Below, one piece after another: positions 15,665 through 25,366 of a stretch of DNA of 64,000 nucleotides. The translations under genes were made by a program, and so were the position numbers. Position 1 is the first letter of the stretch; each line of letters begins with the position of its first letter. The notes beneath the pieces were generated by a model that was given only the letters and a program-made list of their open reading frames with translations, did no database searches and was not told the origin of the DNA. This DNA comes from Candidatus Limnocylindrales bacterium (lineage in GTDB: Bacteria; Chloroflexota; Limnocylindria; Limnocylindrales; CSP1-4): positions 299-64,298 of the forward strand of contig DASSPX010000132.1 in the NCBI GenBank assembly GCA_035699445.1. Reading direction: 5' to 3'.

Positions 15665-18319
15665 GTGCAACGCCTATCCTCGCTCGGCGTCTCACGAGCA
15701 CGGACACGGGCGGAGACGAACTGGAGGGGCGCTGTGGGACGCACGAGGCTGCGCGGGCTGCGAGGTGCGCTGCTCCTCGGGCTGACGCTGTCGCTCGCGA
15801 TGGCCCCGGTGGTCTCATCGGCCCATGCGACGCGCGATCCCTCGACGGGGAAGGCCGCGCGCGACCTGCACCCGGAGCTCCAGGCCGGGCTGTCCGCGCT
15901 CGCCGACCACCGTGGCGGGCTTCCCGCCGGCGTCCGCGGCCGGGACACGGCGTCCGGGCCGGAGGTGGCGATTCACGTGCGCGTGGACGGGAGCTCGCGC
16001 GAGGTCGGCGCCGCGATCGAGGCGCTCGGCGGCGAGCCGCGGCTGGCGTCGGCGACCGCGGTGGAGGCATACCTGCCGGTCGACCGGCTGGGTGCGCTGG
16101 CCCAGATTCCGGGTGTGGAGTCGGTGTGGCCTATCCTCCCGCGGGCATCGGCCGCGTACGTGTCGCCGGGCGTCGCGCTTCACGGTGCGACCGCGTGGCA
16201 CCAGGCCGGCTATGACGGCAGCGGCGTCCGGCTCGGCGTCATCGATGGGGGGTTCGCCGGGCTGGGTGGGCTCGTGGGCATCGAGGTGCCGGCCACGATC
16301 GTGGCCCGCTGCTACACGTCGATCGGACAGTTCACCTCGAACCTGGCCGATTGCGCCAACGAGGCCGAGACCCACGGCACCGCGGTGGTTGAGACGATCG
16401 CCGACATGGCCCCGGGGGCCACGATCTACGTCGTCGATCCGGCGACGCCGCTCGAGGAGATCCAGGCCGTTGACTGGCTGATCTCGAACGGCGTCCGGAT
16501 CATCAACGCGTCCTACGGGTCGGGCTACCTGTTCGAGGGCCCGGGCGACGGCACGAGCCCGTTCGCCGACTCCAGCTACGCGGTCCTTAACCGGGCCGTG
16601 GCGGGCGGCGCGCTGTGGGTCAACGCAGCCGGCAACACGGGCGATTCGGGATGGACCGGGTCGTACGCCGATGCCGACGGCGATCGGTGGCTGGAGTTCG
16701 CTCCCGGTGACGAATTCGCGGGCTTCGAGCTGACCCAGTCGGGCACGGTGACCGTTGGGCTCCGGTGGGCAGATTCGTGGGGCAGTCCCACGACGGACTA
16801 CGACCTCTATCTGTACGAGGAAGGAGGGACGACCGCGGTCGAGCTCTCGGACGCCGGTCAGAGCGGCGTCGGCTACCCGATGGAGCTGTTGACAGCGTCG
16901 CTCGCGCCGGGTCGGTACGAGATCGGGATCGACCACTACGCGGGCCCACCGAGCTCGCGAGCACAGCTGCTCGTGTACGGCCTCGAGGACGCCCTCGAGC
17001 ACCACGTGACTGCGGGAACGCTGGCCGCACCCGCTGATTCGAGCAACCCCGGCATGCTCTCGATCGGGGCCGTCCGCTACAGCACGCCGGACGTGATCGA
17101 GCCGTACAGCTCGCGCGGCCCGACCATCGACGGTCGGATCAAGCCGGATCTCGTCGCAGCAGACTGCGCCGCCACGTCGCTCCAACCGCGATTCTGTGGC
17201 ACGAGCCAGGCCACGCCGTACGTGGTCGGTGCCGCTGCACTCCTCCTGCATGCCGACGCAACGCTCTCGGCGACGGCCCTCGCACAGCGGCTGCGAGCGC
17301 TTACGACCTCGCTTGGGTCGCCCGTACCGAACCCGACCTTCGGCTGGGGTCGCCTTGCCCTCGGAACGGCCCCGGGGTCGGTGCCGGTCGCGCTCGAGTT
17401 CCTCGACGTACCGTCCTACGAGGTGGCCGGTCGGGCGTTCACGATCAGCCCGGCCGTGCGCGTCACCGACGCGAGCGGCCGCACGGCCGCCAGCGGGCCC
17501 GGGGCCACGCTCGCCGTCACGCTCTCGACGGCAGGCGGAGAGCTGCTTTGCCCCGCCGGGCTGACCCAGCCGGCCGTCGGCGGCGTCGCGGTGTTCGCCG
17601 ACTGCATGGTGGCGACCGGCGGATCGATCGCGCTCACGGCGAGCGCGACCGGCCTCCCGAGCGTCGCGACCGCGTTCCCCGTGGCCCCCGCCGGGGCGCC
17701 GGCGGCGGGCCTGACGCTCACGGCCGGATCCGCGCTTCTCGCCCAACCCGGCAGCGTGTCGGTGTCGGCGCAGCTGATCCTCCCGGTCGGGAGCACCGAT
17801 CCCATCGCCGGACGGTCGGTCGAGATCCAGCGATCCTTCGATGGGCGCAGCTGGGCGACGCTGTCGACCCTCACCACTGACGCGTCGGGCATGGCGACGA
17901 CCTCGATCGCCGCCGACCGGTCTGCTCGCTACCGCGCGGTCGATCGTGGCAGCCTCACGCTCGCGAGCGGAGCCAGCCCTGCCGTCGTGGTCGCCGTGCG
18001 CCAGACGGTCGTCCTCCGGCCGACGGCGAGCTCGGTGCGCATCGTCCGTGCCGGCACGAGCACGAGCCTCCGTGCGACGGTCCGGCCGCTGCCGCCGCCG
18101 GGCGTCGCGGCGCGGGTCTCGTTCGCGATCCATCGGCGCGTCGACGGCACCTGGCGGCTCGCAACCCGCCGGACGGTGACCGCGGACGCGTCGGGCGTGG
18201 CCACGCTCGCGTGGCGATGGGGCACGCGGGGCAGCTGGTACGTGCGAGCGACGGCCCTCGCCACGAGCAGCAACGCCGCCTCGGTGCCCAGCCGGATCGA
18301 GCGCTACGACGTGCGATAG
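15665..18319 (+). CDS. Secreted subtilisin-like (S8) serine protease with C-terminal repeat/Ig-like region
   Basis: Asp GVIDGGF, His ETHGTAVVE, Ser GTSQATPYVVGAAALL. Signal peptide LLLGLTLSLAMAPVVSSAHA. The true start may be the in-frame GTG at 15734. Confidence 0.9.
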   Translation: MQRLSSLGVSRARTRAETNWRGAVGRTRLRGLRGALLLGLTLSLAMAPVVSSAHATRDPSTGKAARDLHPELQAGLSALADHRGGLPAGVRGRDTASGPEVAIHVRVDGSSREVGAAIEALGGEPRLASATAVEAYLPVDRLGALAQIPGVESVWPILPRASAAYVSPGVALHGATAWHQAGYDGSGVRLGVIDGGFAGLGGLVGIEVPATIVARCYTSIGQFTSNLADCANEAETHGTAVVETIADMAPGATIYVVDPATPLEEIQAVDWLISNGVRIINASYGSGYLFEGPGDGTSPFADSSYAVLNRAVAGGALWVNAAGNTGDSGWTGSYADADGDRWLEFAPGDEFAGFELTQSGTVTVGLRWADSWGSPTTDYDLYLYEEGGTTAVELSDAGQSGVGYPMELLTASLAPGRYEIGIDHYAGPPSSRAQLLVYGLEDALEHHVTAGTLAAPADSSNPGMLSIGAVRYSTPDVIEPYSSRGPTIDGRIKPDLVAADCAATSLQPRFCGTSQATPYVVGAAALLLHADATLSATALAQRLRALTTSLGSPVPNPTFGWGRLALGTAPGSVPVALEFLDVPSYEVAGRAFTISPAVRVTDASGRTAASGPGATLAVTLSTAGGELLCPAGLTQPAVGGVAVFADCMVATGGSIALTASATGLPSVATAFPVAPAGAPAAGLTLTAGSALLAQPGSVSVSAQLILPVGSTDPIAGRSVEIQRSFDGRSWATLSTLTTDASGMATTSIAADRSARYRAVDRGSLTLASGASPAVVVAVRQTVVLRPTASSVRIVRAGTSTSLRATVRPLPPPGVAARVSFAIHRRVDGTWRLATRRTVTADASGVATLAWRWGTRGSWYVRATALATSSNAASVPSRIERYDVR

Positions 18320-18327
18320 GCCCCCGA

Positions 18328-21288
18328 CTACCGGCCGGCGCGGCGCTTCGCCTCGCGGAGCCGGGTGAGGGTGTCCTCGCCGCGGTCGTCGATCTTCGGT
18401 GCCGGCGGCGCCGGGGTTTGGGTCGCGGCCGGGGATGGCTCGGCGGTCGACGCCGGCGGCGTCGTCGGTGGTGCGGGCGGCGCCGCGTTCGTCCTCGCGC
18501 CCCCGGCCGCCGCTCCGGCGCGGTCCAAGTCCGGCGCCGCCTCCGCGCTCACGCGCAGCATCGCGCTCCGGGCCGCCGACGATCCTGCGCGCTCGCGCGC
18601 GGCCATCAAACCGGACACCTCGGCCGGTCGCGCCGCGACGCGCCGCCCGCCGGCCCGGTCCCCGACCCACCGCCGCGCGTCCGCGAGCTCCCGCCGGCCG
18701 AGCGACACCCGCCGCAGCGCGACGTCGAGCGGCCACAGGAGCAGCGCGACGACGAGCAGGAGCGGCCACAGGGCGGTGAGGCTGCGGGTCGCCGCGAGGT
18801 CCCGCACCCAGACCTCCTCGGGCAGCTCGAGGGCGGAGCCGCCCGTCGCGGCACGGATCGCGCCCAGCAGCGGCTCGTTCGCGCCCAGCATCCGGTACTC
18901 GGCGGGCGTCGGCGCCACGAGCCCGACGGTGCGCCCGAGCGGCGCGGTGCCCGGCCGGGCCTGGTTGACCCGCACGGCGTAGGCGCCGGACGGCAGCTCG
19001 CCCAGCGGCACCTCGTAGACGCCCGGCGCGATCTGCGGCAGCGCGACGTCCACCGGCTCGAGGTCCGGCCCGACGACCGTCGCCCGGGTGGCGTAGAAGT
19101 CACGCGGCGAGCCGTCGGCCGCCACGCTCTCGACGCGCAGGGTCGTCTCGCCCCCGCGGGTCACGAAGGACGCCTCGATCCCGCCCGTCTCCTCGCCCGG
19201 GAACGTCCACGCCACCAGCTGCGACGCGAACCGCGTGAAGCCCTCCCAGCCGATCCAGTTGCGGGCCCAGCGGCCGGTCGTGTCCGACGTCCAGGCCACC
19301 GCCCGTCCCAGGCCGTACTGCCACTGCGCGAGGAGCGGATCGTCGCGCGCCGTGACGAGCACGGTCTGCGCGGCGGACTTGGCGGTCGTGCCGTTGTAGC
19401 CCAGCAGCCGCGGCAACCCGTCCTCGAGGCCCCGGAGGATGGGCGAGGAGCCGGTCAGGATCGGGAAGAACGGCTCCTCGACGATCTGCTGCCCCGAGAC
19501 CTGCTGCGTCTCCTTGAGGAAGATGTCGGGGATCGAGGCGGGGTTCGCCGCGTCGTAGAAGCGGCCGCCGCCCTGGCGCGCGAGGTTCTCGAGGAACGGG
19601 TTCGAGCCGCCGCCGGCGCCCACCGTGGACAGCGTGATCCCGGCCGTCTTCATGCGGCCCAGGATCTCCTCGTACGCGCCCGACGACGACCAGCCGTCCG
19701 TGAGCAGGATGATGTGCCGTCGGGTCGCGCGCGCGCCCTCGAGCGACTGCACCGCCTGATCCAGACCCGCGAAGATGTTCGTGTTGCCCACGGGCTGGAT
19801 GCCGGCGATCGCGCCCTGGATCTCGTCGAGGCCGCCGAGCGGGGCGGTGTTGATCACCCAGTGCGCCGATTCGTCGAACGCCACCACCCCGAACTCGTCG
19901 TTCGCGGTGAGGGCAGCCGCGGCGCGCAGGATCGCCTCCTTGCCGATGTCGACCTTGCGCGTGCCGGCGATGCCCGTGCCGCCGCCCGCACCGCCGTCGA
20001 ACGTGTTGCAGTGGCAGGCGTCCATCGAGCCGGACTTGTCGATCACGACCACGAGCGCGACCTCAGGCTGCTTCTCGCGGTCCTTGACGCCCATGTCGAC
20101 CGGCAGCGTCTCCTCCAGCGGGCTGTTCGCGTAGCCGCCGGCGCCGTACGCCCGCGGGCCGCCGATCGCGACCAGCCCGCGCCCCAGGTCGCGGACGTAC
20201 ACCTGGAGCGCCTCCATCGTGTTCGCCGGCAGCCGGGTGCGCGGCACGTCGACGAGAACGATGGCGTCGTAGTCGGCGAGCCCGGCGAGATCCGAGGGCA
20301 GCCCCTCGGGGACGATCGAGTCGACCTGCTGCCCCTCGGTCTGGAGTGCGGTCACGAGCTCCGCCGCGGCCTCCGTGTCGCCCGCGACGACGAGCACCTT
20401 GGGCTCGCCCTTCACGATCGTGTGGGCGTCTGCGCGGTCGTTCTGGTTGAACGTGTCCCGGCCGGCCTCGACCACCACCCGGAACGTGTGGAAGCCCGCC
20501 TCGGACGGCTCGAACCGGAACACGACCCGGGTCGTGCCGGCCTCCAGGGTGACGGGCTGCGTGGACGCCAGCGTCCCGTCGACGAACAGCCGTACGGTGG
20601 CCGGCTGGTCCACGGTGGACCGGATCTCGGCGCCGAGCTCGAGCTCCTCGCCCAGCCTGGCCGTCGAGGGCGCCGCGAGCCGCTCCACGAGCACCTCGTC
20701 CCCGCCGTCGAGCCCCACCAGCCGGGTCTCGACCTGGATGCCCCGCGCCGCCGCGAGCGCGGCCTCGGTCTGGCCGGCGCCGGTCGTGTCGTTGCCGTCG
20801 GTGAGCAGGACGATCCGCTTCTGCGCGTCGTCCGGGAACAGCGCCGCGGCAAGGCGGAGCGCCGCGCCGATGTCGGTCGCGTCGCGGACGGGCGTGGACG
20901 CGATCCGCGGGATCTCGTCGAGGTCCTGGGGCAGGTGCTCGACGAGCGCGTCCCGCCCGAACGCGACGATCCCGGCGACGTCGCCGCCGGGCATCTCCTC
21001 GAGTGCGTCGCGTACGAAGCCGAGGGCCTCCGCGCGACCAGGCTCGCCCACCGAATCGGAGAGGTCCATCACGAACACGACCGCAAGGCGATCCACCGGC
21101 AGGACGAGCTGGAGGCCGGCGAGTGCCGCAATGAGCGCGGTCAGCAGGAGCGCCCGGACGGCGAGCGCGGCCCGACGCCGGCCCGTGCCCATGCGTCGCC
21201 GGGAGCCCGCATGGAGCAGGACCACGAAGCCGAGCGCGATCGGGAGCAGGATCAGCCAGAGCGGGGTCTCGAAGGCGAGCCCGGGCAC
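18328..21288 (-). CDS. BatA-N double-TM protein with two vWA domains and a glutamine-amidotransferase-like domain; C-terminal TM
   Basis: 986 aa. N-terminus FETPLWLILLPIALGFVVLL. MIDAS-like motifs VMDLSDSVG and VIDKSGSMD. Block VLVVAGD...YDAIVLVDV...GGGLVAIGG. C-terminal helix LWPLLLVVALLLWPL. Confidence 0.9.
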   Translation of the reverse strand: MPGLAFETPLWLILLPIALGFVVLLHAGSRRRMGTGRRRAALAVRALLLTALIAALAGLQLVLPVDRLAVVFVMDLSDSVGEPGRAEALGFVRDALEEMPGGDVAGIVAFGRDALVEHLPQDLDEIPRIASTPVRDATDIGAALRLAAALFPDDAQKRIVLLTDGNDTTGAGQTEAALAAARGIQVETRLVGLDGGDEVLVERLAAPSTARLGEELELGAEIRSTVDQPATVRLFVDGTLASTQPVTLEAGTTRVVFRFEPSEAGFHTFRVVVEAGRDTFNQNDRADAHTIVKGEPKVLVVAGDTEAAAELVTALQTEGQQVDSIVPEGLPSDLAGLADYDAIVLVDVPRTRLPANTMEALQVYVRDLGRGLVAIGGPRAYGAGGYANSPLEETLPVDMGVKDREKQPEVALVVVIDKSGSMDACHCNTFDGGAGGGTGIAGTRKVDIGKEAILRAAAALTANDEFGVVAFDESAHWVINTAPLGGLDEIQGAIAGIQPVGNTNIFAGLDQAVQSLEGARATRRHIILLTDGWSSSGAYEEILGRMKTAGITLSTVGAGGGSNPFLENLARQGGGRFYDAANPASIPDIFLKETQQVSGQQIVEEPFFPILTGSSPILRGLEDGLPRLLGYNGTTAKSAAQTVLVTARDDPLLAQWQYGLGRAVAWTSDTTGRWARNWIGWEGFTRFASQLVAWTFPGEETGGIEASFVTRGGETTLRVESVAADGSPRDFYATRATVVGPDLEPVDVALPQIAPGVYEVPLGELPSGAYAVRVNQARPGTAPLGRTVGLVAPTPAEYRMLGANEPLLGAIRAATGGSALELPEEVWVRDLAATRSLTALWPLLLVVALLLWPLDVALRRVSLGRRELADARRWVGDRAGGRRVAARPAEVSGLMAARERAGSSAARSAMLRVSAEAAPDLDRAGAAAGGARTNAAPPAPPTTPPASTAEPSPAATQTPAPPAPKIDDRGEDTLTRLREAKRRAGR

Positions 21289-21289
21289 G

Positions 21290-23356
21290 CTAGGGGATCC
21301 TCCGGGCCGCTCGATCGCCGCCCAGCCGGGCCGTCAGCAGCCGCCGCAGCCGGACGAGGGTGTCCCGCTCGTACACCGCCCACTCGAGTGCCAGGAAGGC
21401 GAGGATCGCGAGCACGATCGGCACCCAAAGCTCGTCGCGGGCCGCGGGGCGGGCTTCGGCGGACGGCCCGCCCGGCGGTGCCGATGCTCCGGCCGACGGA
21501 CGGGGCTCGCCGAGCCGCTCGATCGCCGCGGGGGCGCCGGGGGCGATGCGGGATTCGTCCACGTCCAGCAGGTCGACCGCGAACCGGACGGGACCGTCCG
21601 CCGGCGCCGGCACCTCGGAGGCGGCAGGGGTCGCGGCCGGCGACGCCGACGGCGAGCCGCTCGCGCCGGGTGGCTCCTCGTAGACCGGCGTCACCGTGTA
21701 GACGCCGAGCAGGTCGGTGCGCGAGAACGTGACCACCGGCGCGCCGCCCGCCGCGCCGACGAGCTCGTCGACCGAGCCGTCCGGGCGCGTGACCTGGACG
21801 GCACGTGCGCCGGCCGGGATCGCGAGCGTCACCGGCGAGCCCGGGTCGATCGCGTCGACCGGCGTCGCCGATCCGCCCAGCAGCTCGCCTGTCAGGTTCG
21901 CCATCAGCACCGGGAACGCGACCTGGAGCGGCAGGTCGGACCGCCTCGGCTCGAACGCGAGGACCGCCGCGGGGAGCCCCTCGTGGACGCCCGCGTAGAG
22001 GAGGGGGGCGCCGCGCGGACCCGGGATCACGGCCCGCGCCCAGGACGGCAGCGCGAGCCTGCGCGCCTCGGCGATGTGCGTGGTGGACAGGTCGACGTAG
22101 CGCAGGATCGGCTCCTCGGGGTCCAGGCTGCCGATGCCCGGGTTCGTGAACAGGCCGCTCACGTCGGCGAGCGGCGAGTCCCGCGGTGGCGCGATGAGCA
22201 GCACCGGCTTCGCCGGCAGCTCGTCGGGCACGAAGCCCTCGAAGATCACGAGCTCGAACGCCTCGAGCCCGGTGAGCGTGTCCCAGTCGTCGGGGTCCCG
22301 GCCGTACAGCTCGGTGTTCGGGAGGTACGACAGCGCGGTCTCGAGGTACGGATCGCCCTCCGAGACGAGGAGGATCTGCTTGAGCTCCGTGGGCGGGACC
22401 ACGGCCCAGGCGCGGTCGTCGACGGCGAGCGCGTCGGGGGCCACGGTCGAACCGGGCTCGGACGACATCAGCCGGACCTCGACGACCGTCGCCGGCGTGT
22501 CCGCGTCGTCGATGTCGTCCACGACCACGTCGCTGCGCGCCTGCGGGTCGAGCAGCAGGTCGCGCGCTTCGCGCAGGACGCCGTCCACGTGGATCTCGAT
22601 CCGGCGCGTGGCGGGCTCGACGTCGAGGTTGGCGACCGAGACGAACACCGAGTGCGTCAGGCCGGACGGCGAGGCGCGCACGGCGAGCGCGACGATCGCC
22701 TGGTTGCCGGGGTCGCGCCCCACCGACAGCACCCGGACCGGCGCGTCGAGCCGCCCTGTGGGCGGCGTCGCGAGCGCGCCGTCGGTCGCCACGAGGATCT
22801 CGGCGTCACCCGAGCGGGCCGCGAGCGCCGACGCCAGCCGCAGTGCGTCGCCCAGGTCGCCCGCCGCGGACGTCGGCTCGATCGAGGCGATCGCCGCCCG
22901 CACGCGCGCGAGATCATCGGTGCCGTTGGCCACGACGCGCGCGGTCCGCCCGGCCGCGATCACGCTCACCTTGCCGCCTGCCGGGAGGTCGCGGAGCGCG
23001 TCCGACGCGAGCCGCTTCGCCTCCTCGAGCCGCGACGGCAGGACGTCGGTCGCCTGCATCGAGGCGGACGTGTCCACGACGAGCACGAGGTCCCGGGCGA
23101 GGCCCGCGGGACGCTCGAGGAACGGCCGCGCCGCGAGGAGCGCGAGCAGGACGACGAGCAGGAGCTGGAGCAGCAGGAGCAGGCTGCGGCGCAGCTTCTG
23201 CCATGGCGCGTTCGCCTCGAGGTCGGCGACGAGGCGCTGCCACAGGAGCGTCGAGGGCACGACCGCCTCGTCCCGCCGCAGCTTCAGCAGGTAGAACGCG
23301 AGGACGAGCGGGACGAACAGCAGCCCGGCGAGGGCAAGCGGGGTGACGAACGGCAC
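21290..23356 (-). CDS. BatA-N double-TM / vWA-domain membrane protein
   Basis: GTG start at 23356, 11 nt after the DUF58 stop. VPFVTPLALAGLLFVPLVLAFYLLKLRR, MIDAS VVDTSASM, C-terminal TM WVPIVLAILAFLALEW. The track ORF start at 23491 would overlap DUF58. Confidence 0.85.
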   Translation of the reverse strand: MPFVTPLALAGLLFVPLVLAFYLLKLRRDEAVVPSTLLWQRLVADLEANAPWQKLRRSLLLLLQLLLVVLLALLAARPFLERPAGLARDLVLVVDTSASMQATDVLPSRLEEAKRLASDALRDLPAGGKVSVIAAGRTARVVANGTDDLARVRAAIASIEPTSAAGDLGDALRLASALAARSGDAEILVATDGALATPPTGRLDAPVRVLSVGRDPGNQAIVALAVRASPSGLTHSVFVSVANLDVEPATRRIEIHVDGVLREARDLLLDPQARSDVVVDDIDDADTPATVVEVRLMSSEPGSTVAPDALAVDDRAWAVVPPTELKQILLVSEGDPYLETALSYLPNTELYGRDPDDWDTLTGLEAFELVIFEGFVPDELPAKPVLLIAPPRDSPLADVSGLFTNPGIGSLDPEEPILRYVDLSTTHIAEARRLALPSWARAVIPGPRGAPLLYAGVHEGLPAAVLAFEPRRSDLPLQVAFPVLMANLTGELLGGSATPVDAIDPGSPVTLAIPAGARAVQVTRPDGSVDELVGAAGGAPVVTFSRTDLLGVYTVTPVYEEPPGASGSPSASPAATPAASEVPAPADGPVRFAVDLLDVDESRIAPGAPAAIERLGEPRPSAGASAPPGGPSAEARPAARDELWVPIVLAILAFLALEWAVYERDTLVRLRRLLTARLGGDRAARRIP

Positions 23357-23367
23357 CGCCGGCGCCC

Positions 23368-24309
23368 TTAGCCGATCACCTGGCGGCGCCGCAGCTCGGC
23401 GAACACGAGGTCGGCGAGCGGCAGGTCCGAGGAGACGGGCACGTACGACGCGCGACGCTTGCGGGCGAGATCGGCGAACGAGCGCTGCCACGCTGCCAGG
23501 CGCTCGCGGTACTCGTCGAGGGCGGCGAGGTCGATCGTCACGTCCACGCCCTCGCCCGATTCGATGTCGACCAGCCGCAGATCGCCCTCGAGGCGCGGGT
23601 CCAGCTCGTCGGGCGACAGGACGTGGAGGACGATCAGCTCGGATCCGGTCGCGGCGAGCTCCCGGATCACGCGGTCCGCGTCGGGGTCCAGGAGGTCCGA
23701 GATCAGAACGACGACGCCGCGCCCGGTGACCATCGCGGCGGCATGACGGGCGGCGGCGACGAGATCCGTCTCGCTCTCGGCCGGCCGGATCGAGGACAGG
23801 TGCGACAGGAGCCGGAACACGCGCCCGGAGCCGCGCAGCGCCGGCTGGCGCCGGGCCTGCCGGCCGGCCAGCGCGGCGACCACCACCCGGTCCTCCTGGG
23901 CGAGCCCGATGTACCCGAGGGCCGCCGCCGCCCGCTTCGCGAACAGGAGCTTCTCCGGACGACCGAAGGCCATCGACGGGCTGGCATCGATGAGGAACGT
24001 CGCGGTGACGTCCTCCTCCTCGACGAACAGCTTCACGAACAGGCGCTCGAGCCGGGCGAACACGTTCCAGTCGAGCTGACGCAGGTCGTCGCCCAGGGTG
24101 TAGTCCCGGTAGTCGGCGAACTCGACCGACTGGCCCCGCTTCACGCTCCGCCGCCCGCCCTTCAGCCCGCCCCGCACAGGCTGCCTCATCAGCACCTGCA
24201 GCCGCTCGAGCTGGCGCAGGAATGCCTCGTCGAAGACGGTCGGGTCGAGGTCGTTGGGCAGGAACGCAGGCCGGCCTGAACCCTCGACCGCGGCGGCCGA
24301 TTCGGTCAT
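23368..24309 (-). CDS. DUF58 domain protein (MoxR-associated)
   Basis: 313 aa. Signature SVEFADYRDYTLGDDLRQLDWNVFAR followed by a vWA-like FLIDASPSM. Confidence 0.9.
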   Translation of the reverse strand: MTESAAAVEGSGRPAFLPNDLDPTVFDEAFLRQLERLQVLMRQPVRGGLKGGRRSVKRGQSVEFADYRDYTLGDDLRQLDWNVFARLERLFVKLFVEEEDVTATFLIDASPSMAFGRPEKLLFAKRAAAALGYIGLAQEDRVVVAALAGRQARRQPALRGSGRVFRLLSHLSSIRPAESETDLVAAARHAAAMVTGRGVVVLISDLLDPDADRVIRELAATGSELIVLHVLSPDELDPRLEGDLRLVDIESGEGVDVTIDLAALDEYRERLAAWQRSFADLARKRRASYVPVSSDLPLADLVFAELRRRQVIG

Positions 24310-24315
24310 CGGACC

Positions 24316-25326
24316 CTACTCCACGCTCGGCGGCGCGACCTCGTCGAGGATCGTGCGGATCACGGCCTCGGCGGTGATGCCCTCCGCCTCGCCCTCGAAG
24401 TTCAGGATCACGCGGTGCCGCAGCGCCGCCAGCGCAGCGGCGCGGATGTCGTCGATCGCGACGTTGAACCGGCCGTCGAGGAGTGCCAGGATCTTGCCCG
24501 CCGTCACGAGCGCCTGCGCGCCCCGCGGCGAGCCGCCGTAGCGCACGTACTGGCGCACGAGGCCCGGGGCCCGCGGGCTCTCGGGGTGGGTCGCCGCCAG
24601 CACCGAGACGGCGTACGCCGTCACGTGCGGCGCGATCGGGACCGCGCGTGCGAGGCGCTGCATCGCGACGATCTCCGCCGCGTTCGTCACCTTGGACGTC
24701 GTAGGAGCGTCCGATCCGGTCGTCCGCTCGAGGATCCCGATGAGGTCCTCCTCGCTCGGGAACGGGACCATGACCTTGAGCAGGAACCGGTCGAGCTGCG
24801 CCTCGGGCAGCGGGTACGTGCCCTCCATCTCGAGCGGGTTCTGGGTCGCGAGCACGAAGAACGGCGGGTCCAACGGGTAGCGGTTGCGGGCGACGGTGAC
24901 CTGGTGCTCCTGCATCGCCTCGAGGAGCGAGCTCTGGGTCTTCGGGGTGGCGCGGTTGATCTCGTCGGCGAGGACGAGGTTGGCGAAGATCGGCCCCGGC
25001 TGGAACCGGAACACGCGGCTGCCGCCCTCCTCGACGAGGATGTTCGTGCCGGTGATGTCCGCGGGCATGAGGTCGGGGGTGAACTGGATCCGGTTGAACG
25101 ATGCGTCCATCACGTCGGCGATCGTCCGGACGAGCATCGTCTTGCCCAGCCCGGGCACGCCCTCGAGGAGCACGTGGCTGTTGGCGAGCAGGCCGACGAG
25201 CGTGAGCCGGACGAGCTCCGACTGACCGACGATGACCCGGCCCACCTCGCGCTCGATGGCGTGAGCCCGTTCGGCGAACGTGTCGGGCGTGAGCGTCTCG
25301 GGCGCGGAAGCGGTGGTCGTGTCCAT
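24316..25326 (-). CDS. MoxR-family AAA+ ATPase
   Basis: ATG 25326 is preceded by GGAGG. Walker A GVPGLGKT, Walker B LVLADEINRATPKTQSSLLEAMQE, and ATQNPLEMEGTYPLPEAQLDRF. Confidence 0.95.
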   Translation of the reverse strand: MDTTTASAPETLTPDTFAERAHAIEREVGRVIVGQSELVRLTLVGLLANSHVLLEGVPGLGKTMLVRTIADVMDASFNRIQFTPDLMPADITGTNILVEEGGSRVFRFQPGPIFANLVLADEINRATPKTQSSLLEAMQEHQVTVARNRYPLDPPFFVLATQNPLEMEGTYPLPEAQLDRFLLKVMVPFPSEEDLIGILERTTGSDAPTTSKVTNAAEIVAMQRLARAVPIAPHVTAYAVSVLAATHPESPRAPGLVRQYVRYGGSPRGAQALVTAGKILALLDGRFNVAIDDIRAAALAALRHRVILNFEGEAEGITAEAVIRTILDEVAPPSVE

Positions 25327-25366
25327 GGTTCCTCCGGACTGCCGGCGTGACGGGACGAGACGGGTC